A stretch of DNA of 64,000 nt from Candidatus Omnitrophota bacterium (GCA_016208765.1 JACQXK010000004.1:20243-84242), one strand, 5' to 3'. Numbered from the stretch's first letter, positions 8,737 through 18,372 are shown. Made by a program: numbers and translations. The notes: a model not told the origin generated them from the sequence alone.

Positions 8737-9735
8737 CTAAATCCTGAACTCAGCTAATACTTTCTCTGGCGCCGGCTCAATCGGAGAGATTGCAAACTTA
8801 TCTGCTTTTGCCTGACGATATAGAATCTTCATTTCATTATTCACGCCGCGGTCGCAATAACGAGCAACAATACCACAAGACAAACTAATCGCTGAATCAT
8901 CAAACCTACCTCTGCCCAAAGCTGTTGGCCCAGCAACATCTTCTTGGGGCAGGAACAAATAATCATCGGCCTTCAAGAATTTTCCAAGCTGAACATTTTC
9001 ATTATGATTGCGCCCTACAATCAATTTAACGCCCGGGGCAAGGCGAAAATGCCTGCCTACCTTTAGCAATTCCACATTCTCCATATTTAATTCTTGATGA
9101 TTAATCAGATCTTTGAGCCTTTTTGCAAACTCCGGATTGGTCAAAAAACATCCTCCGGCCGGTTGGGCATATTTTTCTATTTTAAATCTCTTTGCCAAAG
9201 TAAACTGCCCTTTACGAGAACGGCCATTAAGCGCCAAAAGTTTTTCTCTTCTAATCCAACCTTTAATTTCGGGGATTGTCTCAGGCAGGACCAAAGCAGA
9301 AAGAGGGCGCAAGAGTAAACCATCTAAGCCGGACTTCTTCATAATCAGATCAAGCGCCTGCCTGTGCTGCGACATCGGGCGCTGGCCAACTACTTCTCCT
9401 GTAACTACAAATTCCGCCCCAAAAACCGGCAATAATTCCCGCGCCTTAGAAAGCATAAGTATTTTGCAATCAATACACGGATTCATGTTTGACCCAAATC
9501 CATATTCAGGACTGTGTAATAAACCCAGGAAATCAGCGCTAATATCAATGCTTTCCAGTTGCAACCCAAGATATTCTTTTATCAAAGAACCTGTATTTTG
9601 TTTCTTACAAAATGGAATCTTAAAATTTAAAGGTATAACTTCTATTCCCTGCTCCTGAATTACTTTTGCGGCCAGAATGCTGTCCAGCCCTCCTGAAATC
9701 AAAGCCAGGGCGCGCATCTTAATGTAAAATACCAA
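8737..9735 (-). CDS. PP-loop ATP pyrophosphatase, ThiI/MnmA-like sulfurtransferase lacking a THUMP domain
   Basis: The SGGLDS PP-loop starts at residue ~13. NPCIDCK and TGEVVGQRPMSQ resemble the ThiI adenylation domain motif TGESLGQVASQ. Confidence 0.5.
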   Translation of the reverse strand: MVFYIKMRALALISGGLDSILAAKVIQEQGIEVIPLNFKIPFCKKQNTGSLIKEYLGLQLESIDISADFLGLLHSPEYGFGSNMNPCIDCKILMLSKARELLPVFGAEFVVTGEVVGQRPMSQHRQALDLIMKKSGLDGLLLRPLSALVLPETIPEIKGWIRREKLLALNGRSRKGQFTLAKRFKIEKYAQPAGGCFLTNPEFAKRLKDLINHQELNMENVELLKVGRHFRLAPGVKLIVGRNHNENVQLGKFLKADDYLFLPQEDVAGPTALGRGRFDDSAISLSCGIVARYCDRGVNNEMKILYRQAKADKFAISPIEPAPEKVLAEFRI

Positions 9736-11449
9736 AATTCAGGATTGTCCCGACAACAAGACTTGCCCCAATCATAATTGAGGTTGCCTTTAAAAGCTCT
9801 TTTGCCCCCAGTTCTTTCCATAAAACCACAAATGTGGCCACGCAGGGAAAAGATATCGCCAGTAATGTTGCAGCAATAAAAAGTTGTTTTGCCGATAATC
9901 CCAACGGGATCAGCATACCAACCGCAATATCTTTACGCAAAAACCCGATTACCAAAGCCACTACTGCATCCTTAGGCAAACCGAAAAGGCCCTGGATAAC
10001 AGGAGCAAATATCCCTGTTACAAAATCAAACAAATGAAAATACAATAACAGATTGATCATGGCCACGCCCAAAAGCACGATTGGAACAGCTTCAATTATA
10101 AACCCTTTGATACGAAAGAATAATTTTTGCGTAAATGCCCCAAACGGAGGAAATCTGTAAGGAGGAATTTCAAGCAATAATTCTGGGCTGTAGCCTTTTA
10201 AGAAATAATTTAATAATACTCCGGTAATAATCATAATTGAAAACAGCACCAGATAAACCCCTCCCACATAAAATCCGGAAAAACTTCCCAAAAGCCCAAA
10301 GATCATTGCCTGTAAAGGAACACATGGCACTCCTATAGAAATAAGCGTTGAGGCAATAAACCTTTCCCGTTTTGATTCAAGGGATCGTGTTGCTAAAATA
10401 CCAGGGACATTACAGCCAAAACCCAAGAGTACCGGGATGATCGCAAAACCGTGCAATCCAAGCCGGTGCAGTAGATTATCCAGCAATATGGCCAGGCGCG
10501 GCAAATAGCCGATATCTTCCAAGAGGCTTAAAACAAAATAAAAAGAGATAATATAAGGTAACACCATGGCAAATTCAATATAAGGCGCGGTTGTTAAAAC
10601 TCCCATTGACTGCTTAAAATCAATTTTTCCGTTAATCAGCTCTCCTACAACCAAATGGTGCAGAAAACTTCCCGGGGCCAAAGCAGAACTTAACTTTTCC
10701 AGGAACGGCTGGTAATGATTAAAGAAAAAAGGATCAAACACGCGGGTGATCAATCCCTCGCCTATAAAACGGACAATTTTAAAAGAAGTATAAATAACCG
10801 CGATTGATATGAATAACCCGCTTAACGGCCGGATAGAAGCGTCCTCAAGCATCTCCCTGAAACTATGATGCCTGTGAGTCAATTTCTGGGCACTGTCAAC
10901 AATCGTTCCGATTCTCTGCCAACGTGCTTCATGCGCCAATTTATTCTCAGTAAAAGGCTTTGCCTCTTTGAGCCTTTCCAACAAGAATTTAATTCCAACA
11001 CCTGTTACCGCGCAAGTAGGAACAACAGCCACGCCTAAAAGCTCCTCTAATTTCTTAAAGTCAATGTGAATACCGCGATGCTCGGTATCGTCGCACATGT
11101 TAAGGCAAACTATAACCGGGTACCCCTGTTCAATAAGCTGTAAAGTTAGAAACAGATTCCTCTCTAAATTAGTCGCATCAATAATATTAATTACGGCTGA
11201 TTCCTCCGGCAAAGATCCCTTTAAAAGGTTGACTGCCACCTCTTCTGCCTTTGAACTCGGCTCCAAAGAATAGGTTCCCGGCAAATCAATAACTTCAATT
11301 TTATCTTCTCCTAATTTCAAATACCCCTTTATTATTTCAACGGTTGTGCCGGGATAATTGGAAGAAATTACCTGCACGCCGGTTAGGCGCGAGAAAACAA
11401 CGCTTTTACCTACATTAGGATTGCCGATAAGAAACACTCTTTTGATCAT
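9719..11449 (-). CDS. feoB: Ferrous iron transporter FeoB (G-domain plus permease)
   Basis: GNPNVGKSVVFSRLTG...GTTVE G-motifs followed by a polytopic membrane domain. Confidence 0.85.
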   Translation of the reverse strand: MIKRVFLIGNPNVGKSVVFSRLTGVQVISSNYPGTTVEIIKGYLKLGEDKIEVIDLPGTYSLEPSSKAEEVAVNLLKGSLPEESAVINIIDATNLERNLFLTLQLIEQGYPVIVCLNMCDDTEHRGIHIDFKKLEELLGVAVVPTCAVTGVGIKFLLERLKEAKPFTENKLAHEARWQRIGTIVDSAQKLTHRHHSFREMLEDASIRPLSGLFISIAVIYTSFKIVRFIGEGLITRVFDPFFFNHYQPFLEKLSSALAPGSFLHHLVVGELINGKIDFKQSMGVLTTAPYIEFAMVLPYIISFYFVLSLLEDIGYLPRLAILLDNLLHRLGLHGFAIIPVLLGFGCNVPGILATRSLESKRERFIASTLISIGVPCVPLQAMIFGLLGSFSGFYVGGVYLVLFSIMIITGVLLNYFLKGYSPELLLEIPPYRFPPFGAFTQKLFFRIKGFIIEAVPIVLLGVAMINLLLYFHLFDFVTGIFAPVIQGLFGLPKDAVVALVIGFLRKDIAVGMLIPLGLSAKQLFIAATLLAISFPCVATFVVLWKELGAKELLKATSIMIGASLVVGTILNFGILH

Positions 11450-11679
11450 TCTACCTCAAGGATAATTTTTGCCGCCATCCCATGGCCCAAAGCCAAAACG
11501 CTCCTGCCTGTCTTAATGGTAACAGGGCCTTTAAGCGCAAAATGGCTTAGTTTTGTGATCTCTCTACCCGGATAAATACCCATACTCATAAATTTATTCT
11601 GTATAGAGTAGCCTCCGGTGATCTCCAAAACCCTGCCCTTCTGGTTTTCTTTCATTTTAACAAGCACTGTTTTTTTCAT
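11446..11679 (-). CDS. feoA: FeoA
   Basis: 77-aa SH3-like protein, KGRVLEITGG...GIYPGREITK. Its stop overlaps the feoB start. Confidence 0.8.
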   Translation of the reverse strand: MKKTVLVKMKENQKGRVLEITGGYSIQNKFMSMGIYPGREITKLSHFALKGPVTIKTGRSVLALGHGMAAKIILEVE

Positions 11680-11696
11680 TAGTTTGATAAAGAAAG

Positions 11697-12437
11697 TTAC
11701 TCGTGCAACAGGAGTTTTGCGACCGCCATAAATATTATTCCCAAAAGAAACGCAAAGAAAGCCATGCTTGACCGGCGCAGATCACTTTCTTTGTGTATCT
11801 CGGGGATCAAATCAGAGGCAGCAATATAAATAAACCCTCCGGCAGTCAAAGGCAGGATAAAAGTTATAAACCCCTTAGTAAAATCAGCGATAAAGTAACC
11901 GATGACAGCTCCTGCCATCGCGGTTAAAGCAGTAAGGAAATTACATATCAGGGCTTTTTTCTTTGAAAACCCGCCATAAATTAAAACCCCAAAGTCTCCT
12001 AATTCCTGTGGAATCTCGTGAAGGATGATTGCCAGGGTTGTAATTAATCCGAGTTTTATGGAAATTACAAAACTTGCCGCGATCACCATCCCGTCAATAA
12101 AATTGTGAAAGGAATCGCCGATAAGGTTTAAATAAGTAAACGCATGCACATCACACTTTTCGGCATGGCAATGCCGCCAGTGAAAATACCTTTCCAGCAT
12201 GAAAAATAGCACTATCCCGAGGATCAAATAATAAAACACTACTGTGCTGCTGGTCTTTTCAAGTGCCTCCGGCAGTAAATGCAAAAATGCACCGCCGATC
12301 AATGCCCCTGCAGAAAACCCGATAAGTAGAAAAAGGATCTTCTGCAAATAATCGCTTCTGATCGCTAAAGTAACTATGCCGATTAATGAGATAAGGCTGA
12401 CAACAAAAGTACTTGCCAAAATCCAGGCTAAAACCAT
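11697..12437 (-). CDS. zupT: ZIP family metal transporter (ZupT-like)
   Basis: HNFIDGM and HEIPQELGDFGVL signatures, with about 8 TM segments. Confidence 0.8.
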   Translation of the reverse strand: MVLAWILASTFVVSLISLIGIVTLAIRSDYLQKILFLLIGFSAGALIGGAFLHLLPEALEKTSSTVVFYYLILGIVLFFMLERYFHWRHCHAEKCDVHAFTYLNLIGDSFHNFIDGMVIAASFVISIKLGLITTLAIILHEIPQELGDFGVLIYGGFSKKKALICNFLTALTAMAGAVIGYFIADFTKGFITFILPLTAGGFIYIAASDLIPEIHKESDLRRSSMAFFAFLLGIIFMAVAKLLLHE

Positions 12438-12545
12438 AGCTAACAGCTTATCCTAAGCAGGGTTTTCTTCCTTTATTTGCTTTCTTTGAACGCCAGTTAA
12501 GTTTTCCTCTTCTTTTTCTTTTACCCATTTTAAACACCTCATTTC

Positions 12546-13301
12546 TTAATATTTGAAGTAATTTACCGGTGTCGCCTGAGAAACATAACGCACCGCTTCA
12601 ACAATACAAATACGGATTGCTTTCTCCATCGGAGTATTAGCATAACCGCCTAAACCATCCCCCAGGACACCTCCGCCAAACAAACCAATCCCCGCCATAC
12701 CGCTGATATCCGAAGCCTGCCCCTGCACGCTGGTAGCAGACAATACCTCTGAAGTAGATGCATCTACAATACGAATATCCATAGCCATATGCGCCTTATT
12801 CGTTGAACCACCCAAAAGCCCGCCTAAAGCACCACTTCCAGACCCGCCTCCACCGCCAATGCCAGCAGTTCCTCCCGACGCTTCAGGCTCAAATTCAGTA
12901 ACTGCCACAGTAATAATTAAATCAGTGGCTTTAAGATTTTCTTTTTCAGCTCCTACTGCTGTCTGTTGGCTTCCTGCAGGGCCGGCTGATTCCTGTTCCT
13001 TCATTGCTTCTGCCAAAGCCTGACGCTCAAGTACTGAAAACCGGTTACTGTTTGATAAAGCAGCGACCAACATTTCACGTAAACCCGTGCCAATCTGGCT
13101 GCTTGCCTTGGCTGCCTTTACATCAAAATCTGCAACCGCCACTCTCGCCATTGGCCCGCTATACGCAGGTAAGGGTTGAGTAGCAACACTGTTAACCACC
13201 TGCCTTTTTTGATGAAACACGGAATTTAAAGACGCGCAACCGGAAAATATAGCAGCACAACCACCTAATAACCCAATAACATACAATGTTTTTCTTAACA
13301 T
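12546..13301 (-). CDS. CsgG/LpoB-like lipoprotein with a Gly-rich insert
   Basis: Lipobox LLGGCAAIFSGC. The VAVADFD...GLREMLVAALSNSNRFSVLERQAL pattern matches the CsgG family. Confidence 0.45.
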   Translation of the reverse strand: MLRKTLYVIGLLGGCAAIFSGCASLNSVFHQKRQVVNSVATQPLPAYSGPMARVAVADFDVKAAKASSQIGTGLREMLVAALSNSNRFSVLERQALAEAMKEQESAGPAGSQQTAVGAEKENLKATDLIITVAVTEFEPEASGGTAGIGGGGGSGSGALGGLLGGSTNKAHMAMDIRIVDASTSEVLSATSVQGQASDISGMAGIGLFGGGVLGDGLGGYANTPMEKAIRICIVEAVRYVSQATPVNYFKY

Positions 13302-13389
13302 CTTGATTTACTCCATTGCTTTCTCAATGAAATTATAGCAAAGAATACCTGAATAGCAATGATAAAGTCTGGATAGCCGTAGCCGGTTA

Positions 13390-13505
13390 GTTACTGGGCG
13401 TAAGTCATTCCCGCGTAAGCGGGAATCCAGCCACGGGAACGCCTGGTTGCCTCCCCGCGAAAGCGGGGATTTCGCGAGCATGACAATACCTATCCCCCGT
13501 TTACT
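13390..13505 (+). repeat. Structured GC-rich repeat family R2, copy A (three hairpins closed by GUCAU/AUGAC)
   Basis: GTCATTCCCGCGTAAGCGGGAATCCAGCCACGGGAACGCCTGGTTGCC is 46/48 identical to the reverse complement of 51790-51838. The third hairpin co-varies between copies (CCCCGCGAAAGCGGGG versus GCCTGCATTTGCGGGC). Confidence 0.75.
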
Positions 13506-13524
13506 GACCGATTACAATTAACCA

Positions 13525-15294
13525 CTATAGAGGAATAGTAAAATAAAAAGTTGAACCCTTTCCATATTCTGATTCAACCCAAATTCTACCTTTATGTTCA
13601 TCAATAATTTTCTTACTAATCGCCAGCCCTAACCCTGTGCCGCCGGTTTTACGGTCCATGCCCTTTTTTATCTGTTCAAATTGATGGAACAGTTTGCTCA
13701 TATCTTCCTGCCTGATCCCTTCGCCGGTATCCTGCACAGAAACCTGAAAACAATCATTCATTTTCCGGCTTTTAACAACAACGCTTCCTTTTACAGTAAA
13801 TCTGATTGCATTGCTGATTAAATGCGACAGAACTTCAAACAAACCTTCCTTATCAAATTTGGCCCTGGCCAGGCCTTCTTCAAGATCCAATATAAAGTCT
13901 ATTTTCTTCTCCCGCACCAATCCAGAGATTTCCTGGACAACTTCTTTTATCAACGCATTAAGATCATTTTCTTCAAATTTATACGACATTCTGCCGGAAT
14001 CCATTCTCTGAAAAACCAAAAGGCTATTCACCAGTTTCAACAGCCTGTCCAAATTCTTCTGTGTTAATTTCAGGATCCCTTCCTGTTTTTGATTAATGCT
14101 CCCGATAGAACTTTCCAGCAACAAAGAAACACCTTCTTTTGCAACAGCAAGCGGAGTTTTTAATTCATGTGAAACAGCGCTTAAGAATTCTTTTTTGACT
14201 GTTAACGCCTCATCAAGCTGGATCCGCATTTTTGCATCAGCCAATTCCTGGTTTCGCTGGGCTAATCTCACATTTAGTTCCCTGACAATCTGCTCCTTTT
14301 GGTAACGCTCTATGGAAATACGTAATATTAAATAAACAAACGCAAAACTTAAAACTATCAACAGTAAATAAATGATAAAAATAATTAGTAATTTTCTGTT
14401 ACGCTGGCTGAAAGCATATTTAACAGGCTGAGCAACAACCACGCCCCAGCCATAGTCAGAAACCGGCGCATAAGCCTCCAGCCTTTTTTCTTTTTCAGCA
14501 GGATTATAAAATATACCGACCCCGGATTTACCTTTTAAAACCTCTTTTGTTGAACCAGACATTGAGAAATCAACAATCTCTCCTTGGACAGGAAATGAGG
14601 GGTGAAAAATAATCCGGCCTTTTCTATCCACGACATAAACAAGGGACTGCGGCCCGATATCCACTTCCTTAACCCACTCAAAAAATGTTTCAGGTAATAC
14701 TTGCAGGACCAATAATCCTAAGACATTCTCTAAACTAGCAGGCCCCTGAGATTTAATAGGAATAGCAATAGCAATAATATTTCTCTCCGGGACAATTGCC
14801 CTTTTATAAATCTCAGAAACATAAGGCTTGCGATTGTTAATCGCACCCTTGTACCAATCCCGGAAAGAAAAATTCTTCCCTGTAATCTCTGATGTCTGGG
14901 GTAAATCAGCCATAAAATTACCCTTTGCGTCAGATAAAAATATGTGATCTATAAAAGAAAAAAGCTTCGGGGCATTTTCTAAAACCAGCATGCCTTCTTG
15001 CCATTTACCCGCGCTTACATTCTCTACTAATCTTGGGCGAGTGGCCAAAACTTCCCCGATAACAACCAACTTATCAAGTTTTTCCTTTAAGATTGTTGCG
15101 GATAGGTATGCAGTAGATTTTTTTTCCTGAAACAAATGAAAGGTATCTGCCTGAAAGACCCAACAGAAACTAAAAATGCTTAAAATAACAATTGGAGTAA
15201 TTACAAGCAAGAAAATACATGCTTGCCAGAGCCATTTTCTCTTTTTTGTTTCTTCTAACAATTTCCCAAGATAACTGATGATTTTCTGAAACAT
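13525..15294 (-). CDS. Sensor histidine kinase with a periplasmic Cache-like domain
   Basis: N-terminal TM segment, an extracytoplasmic domain and a second TM segment. H-box FLSAVSHELKTPL and HATPase N/G boxes (GGTGLGLAISKKI). Confidence 0.8.
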   Translation of the reverse strand: MFQKIISYLGKLLEETKKRKWLWQACIFLLVITPIVILSIFSFCWVFQADTFHLFQEKKSTAYLSATILKEKLDKLVVIGEVLATRPRLVENVSAGKWQEGMLVLENAPKLFSFIDHIFLSDAKGNFMADLPQTSEITGKNFSFRDWYKGAINNRKPYVSEIYKRAIVPERNIIAIAIPIKSQGPASLENVLGLLVLQVLPETFFEWVKEVDIGPQSLVYVVDRKGRIIFHPSFPVQGEIVDFSMSGSTKEVLKGKSGVGIFYNPAEKEKRLEAYAPVSDYGWGVVVAQPVKYAFSQRNRKLLIIFIIYLLLIVLSFAFVYLILRISIERYQKEQIVRELNVRLAQRNQELADAKMRIQLDEALTVKKEFLSAVSHELKTPLAVAKEGVSLLLESSIGSINQKQEGILKLTQKNLDRLLKLVNSLLVFQRMDSGRMSYKFEENDLNALIKEVVQEISGLVREKKIDFILDLEEGLARAKFDKEGLFEVLSHLISNAIRFTVKGSVVVKSRKMNDCFQVSVQDTGEGIRQEDMSKLFHQFEQIKKGMDRKTGGTGLGLAISKKIIDEHKGRIWVESEYGKGSTFYFTIPL

Positions 15295-15299
15295 ATGCC

Positions 15300-15336
15300 C
15301 TCAAAATAAAAGGGCAGGAGTTAAATCCCCTGCCCA
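15300..15336 (-). terminator. Probable intrinsic terminator
   Basis: GGGCAGG-loop-CCTGCCC followed on the minus strand by UUUUAUUUU, 3' of the 15362 gene. Confidence 0.4.
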
Positions 15337-15361
15337 GATTAGCTTATGACACCAAAGAAAC

Positions 15362-15811
15362 TTATTCTGCCTTCTTTTCCTCCGTTGCTGCCGGAATCTC
15401 TGGAGCAGCTGTAACCGCAGATGGAGGCTGGACAGTAGCAGGGGGAACCTCAGGTTTTTCAAGGCTGATATTCCTTGCCACATTTCTTCCTTCAGGCGTA
15501 ACAATATAATCAATGCTTACCGCGTCCTTTGTTTTGATCTCACCAATGGCTTTGACATTTTCATAAATTGTTTTTTCGTCAACATTAACGGCAATTTCTT
15601 TCTCTTCGTCAGTTTCATAATCAAGGTATTTCACAGAGAAAATCTTATTCTGGGGATCAACGCTTACCACCTCTCCCCAAACCCACTGCACCTCAGGCTC
15701 TTCTTGTGCCTGGACAGGTTGCGCAGTCTGTTGCTGGCCAAAGGCCATGCTTAAACCGGCGAAAAATAAAAAAACCCCCGTAAGAATAATAAAAACGTTC
15801 TTTTTTGGCAT
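15362..15811 (-). CDS. Secreted hypothetical protein
   Basis: Signal peptide MPKKNVFIILTGVFLFFAGLSMAFGQ. No recognisable domain. Confidence 0.45.
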   Translation of the reverse strand: MPKKNVFIILTGVFLFFAGLSMAFGQQQTAQPVQAQEEPEVQWVWGEVVSVDPQNKIFSVKYLDYETDEEKEIAVNVDEKTIYENVKAIGEIKTKDAVSIDYIVTPEGRNVARNISLEKPEVPPATVQPPSAVTAAPEIPAATEEKKAE

Positions 15812-15883
15812 ACCTCACCTCCTTAATTTTATTTAATTTATCACAAGCCGCTAATTTTGTCCAGTAAAAAGACAAACCACTTA

Positions 15884-17269
15884 TCAATTGCTATAAAATG
15901 GTATAAATGCAAGAAAAATCCATGCCACCAATGTCGTTACCACACCTACACAAAGCCCAATTCCGAACCATCTAAAGAAATTTAAACGTATGTTTTTCTC
16001 TTTTTCCAAGATCCCCAAAGCAACAATATTTGCAGTTGAGCCGACTAAGGTAATATTCCCGCCAAGGCATCCTCCAAAAAGCAGGGCCCACCATAACGGC
16101 TGCAAATTTATCTTCATTGCCGCAAATCCCTGGATTACAGGAATAAAAGCTGCCACTAACACCACATTATCCAGGATGCTTGAGCCAATGGTTGAAATCC
16201 ATAAGACTAACCCTATTAAAAGGGGAGCGCTGTTTGCCGACCAGCCGGCAATGCCCCTTGCCAAAACATCGGTTGCTCCGGTATATTTTAAGGTACCTGC
16301 CTGCGCGAAAAGAAGCATAAAGAACAAAAGCGTCCACCATTCCACGTCTTTCTCAATAAATTCACGGGCTTTTTCTTTTTTCCAGATCATTACACAACCG
16401 CTGGAAACCAAAGGCATAATAAAAAGTATTGTATTCTGCTCAAGGTTCCAAAGCAATTCAATCCGGTGATGCAGAGCAATAAAAAAAAGTGTCAGGCCGA
16501 AGATCGCAAGGCTGATCTTCAGCTCTCTGTCCGGAGGGACAGAAATTAATTTTACTAAAATTTCATTTGCGCCCAATTCTTTAATCTTCATATCCAGCCT
16601 GTTGAGAGCGTTTCTATACCAAAAGATTACCAGTAGAATTGTCACAACCAGACAAACTATTGCTAAAGGAAAGGCCTTAACTAAAAAATCTTCAAAACTA
16701 AATCCTGCCTTTGAAGCAATAAGAATCCCAATCGGATTACCCAAGACTGTTGCAGCGCTGCCCACATTTGTAGCCAGAACAGAAATAATAATAAATGGAA
16801 CAGGGTCAACCTCAAAATAATCGCAGATCTCAAGGACCGCAGCCACCATAAAAATAATGGAAACCACTTCAGAGGTGGCTGTAGAAAGCAATGCCGAAAC
16901 TACAGATATGACTACTGTAAATTTCAGGGCATTCATATTTCTTATGCGTAAAATCAGCTGCACAACCCAGGCAAAAAAACCGGCGCTCTTTAAAAGGCCG
17001 ACTAAAACCATCATCCCCACCAAAAACAGGATGACCTCCAAAGAGGCAAATTCAATTACATGTTTTAGGTCAATTGTGCGCGTGGCAAGCAAAACAGAAA
17101 TACCCAAGAAAGCAAAGCTCAGCCTGAAATCCCAGAAAAAAAGCGTGCCTAAGATAGAAACGGAAAAAATTGAAATGGCTAAAGACTGGTGGGGAGTAAG
17201 GCCGAGATTAAGAGTTAGTAAACCAAGGCTTAACGATATAAGAAGAAGTAAGAGAAATTTTCTCAGCAT
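15884..17269 (-). CDS. ArsB/NhaD-family anion permease (IT superfamily)
   Basis: Polytopic protein with the GSSILDNVVLVAAFIPV motif, analogous to the ArsB/NhaD SAFLDNVTT motif. Confidence 0.65.
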   Translation of the reverse strand: MLRKFLLLLLISLSLGLLTLNLGLTPHQSLAISIFSVSILGTLFFWDFRLSFAFLGISVLLATRTIDLKHVIEFASLEVILFLVGMMVLVGLLKSAGFFAWVVQLILRIRNMNALKFTVVISVVSALLSTATSEVVSIIFMVAAVLEICDYFEVDPVPFIIISVLATNVGSAATVLGNPIGILIASKAGFSFEDFLVKAFPLAIVCLVVTILLVIFWYRNALNRLDMKIKELGANEILVKLISVPPDRELKISLAIFGLTLFFIALHHRIELLWNLEQNTILFIMPLVSSGCVMIWKKEKAREFIEKDVEWWTLLFFMLLFAQAGTLKYTGATDVLARGIAGWSANSAPLLIGLVLWISTIGSSILDNVVLVAAFIPVIQGFAAMKINLQPLWWALLFGGCLGGNITLVGSTANIVALGILEKEKNIRLNFFRWFGIGLCVGVVTTLVAWIFLAFIPFYSN

Positions 17270-17724
17270 TCTAAGGGAATTTCTGCATCCTTAACCAAAG
17301 CCCTGAGGATATCGCAGCGAGCAACAATCCCTAAAACTAAATTATCATCATCAACAACCGGAATACGCCGTGCTTTTTGAGTAAGCATGTCTTTTGCCAA
17401 CTCAACTAAAGTCATATCTTCTTTACCAACAACAACCTGCTTGCGCATTAACTGCGCTACTTTCATATTCTTTAATTCCTGAATCTTCTTTTTTGTAGCC
17501 TTTGGGTCCTGCATGTAGACAAACTTTCCCACCTGCTCAAGATAGCTGGGAAGAATAAAAGCAAGGACTTCTTTTTCTGTAAACATCCCCGCCAATTTAC
17601 CGTCGCTGTCAATTACCGGAAGCCCGCTGATCTTGATTTTAAACAGCAATTTAAGCGCATCTAAAGCATTATCACCGGGGCCAACGCTGACGATCTTTTT
17701 ATTCATTATTTCTTTAACCTTCAT
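17263..17724 (-). CDS. CBS-pair domain protein
   Basis: Two CBS motifs (VGPGDNALDAL...GLPVID and VGKEDMTLVELAK...RRIPVVD). Confidence 0.7.
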   Translation of the reverse strand: MKVKEIMNKKIVSVGPGDNALDALKLLFKIKISGLPVIDSDGKLAGMFTEKEVLAFILPSYLEQVGKFVYMQDPKATKKKIQELKNMKVAQLMRKQVVVGKEDMTLVELAKDMLTQKARRIPVVDDDNLVLGIVARCDILRALVKDAEIPLEC

Positions 17725-17814
17725 TGCCAGCCTCCTTCATAGGAAATTATAAAACATGAGCCTGGCTATTTTTAACAAAAAACAGCCAAAACAAAAACCA
17801 AAATTATAAAAAAA

Positions 17815-18372
17815 TTACTTTAAACGGGGCCTGAGCTTTATATAAACAACAGCAGCTGCGGCTGCTTTACATAAATCGCCTAAGACAAAGGGAATAAAAC
17901 CGATAGAAAAAAGCTTTGTGAGCGAATATCCGAAGAGAAATTTCAGCCACAATGTTCCGGATGCGAGCAACAAGAAATCCGCAACACAAAATATACCAAA
18001 AGCCTTAGAAAAATTGTTTCCGGAATATTTGATGAATTTGGCGCAAAATAAACAGGCTAAAACAAAACCGAATAAATATCCTGCGGTAGGGCCGCTTAAA
18101 TACAAAAGCCCGCTTCCTGCGCCTGTAAAGATCGGCAGGCCCAATACTCCCAATAAAATATAACTTAATTGCGCAGTGACGCCTAAACTGCCTCCCAATA
18201 AAGCGCCTGACAACAAAACAAAAAAAGTCTGCAATGTTAACGGCACCGGAGTAAAAGGCAAAGGTATGCGCACAAATGCACCCAGGGAAGTCAAAACAAC
18301 AAATACTAACACGCCTAAAGCTCGGCTTAAAGTTTTATTAATTACGATTTCCTTACTTAAAACTGCTTCCAT
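17815..18372 (-). CDS. bioY: BioY biotin transporter S-component
   Basis: PVPLTLQTFFVLLSGALLG...GPTAGYLFGF matches the BioY signature. Confidence 0.8.
   Translation of the reverse strand: MEAVLSKEIVINKTLSRALGVLVFVVLTSLGAFVRIPLPFTPVPLTLQTFFVLLSGALLGGSLGVTAQLSYILLGVLGLPIFTGAGSGLLYLSGPTAGYLFGFVLACLFCAKFIKYSGNNFSKAFGIFCVADFLLLASGTLWLKFLFGYSLTKLFSIGFIPFVLGDLCKAAAAAVVYIKLRPRLK

Noticed and set aside
9113-9658. 181-aa plus-strand ORF inside the PP-loop ATPase gene, and similar antisense ORFs (e.g. 41071-41685 and 16857-17294)
   Set aside because: Entirely embedded antisense in genes with strong homology-based support. They are typical shadow ORFs.
13390-13505. Possibility that R2 is a tRNA or tRNA-derived element (three hairpins closed by a stem)
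   Set aside because: The stem lengths (8 bp) and loops do not fit D/anticodon/T arms. There is no GTTCRANYC T-loop and no CCA-adjacent acceptor.
15301-15887. Track ORFs 15301-15513 and 15693-15887 (minus strand)
   Set aside because: They overlap the better-supported signal-peptide ORF 15362-15811 and the terminator hairpin. No independent support.
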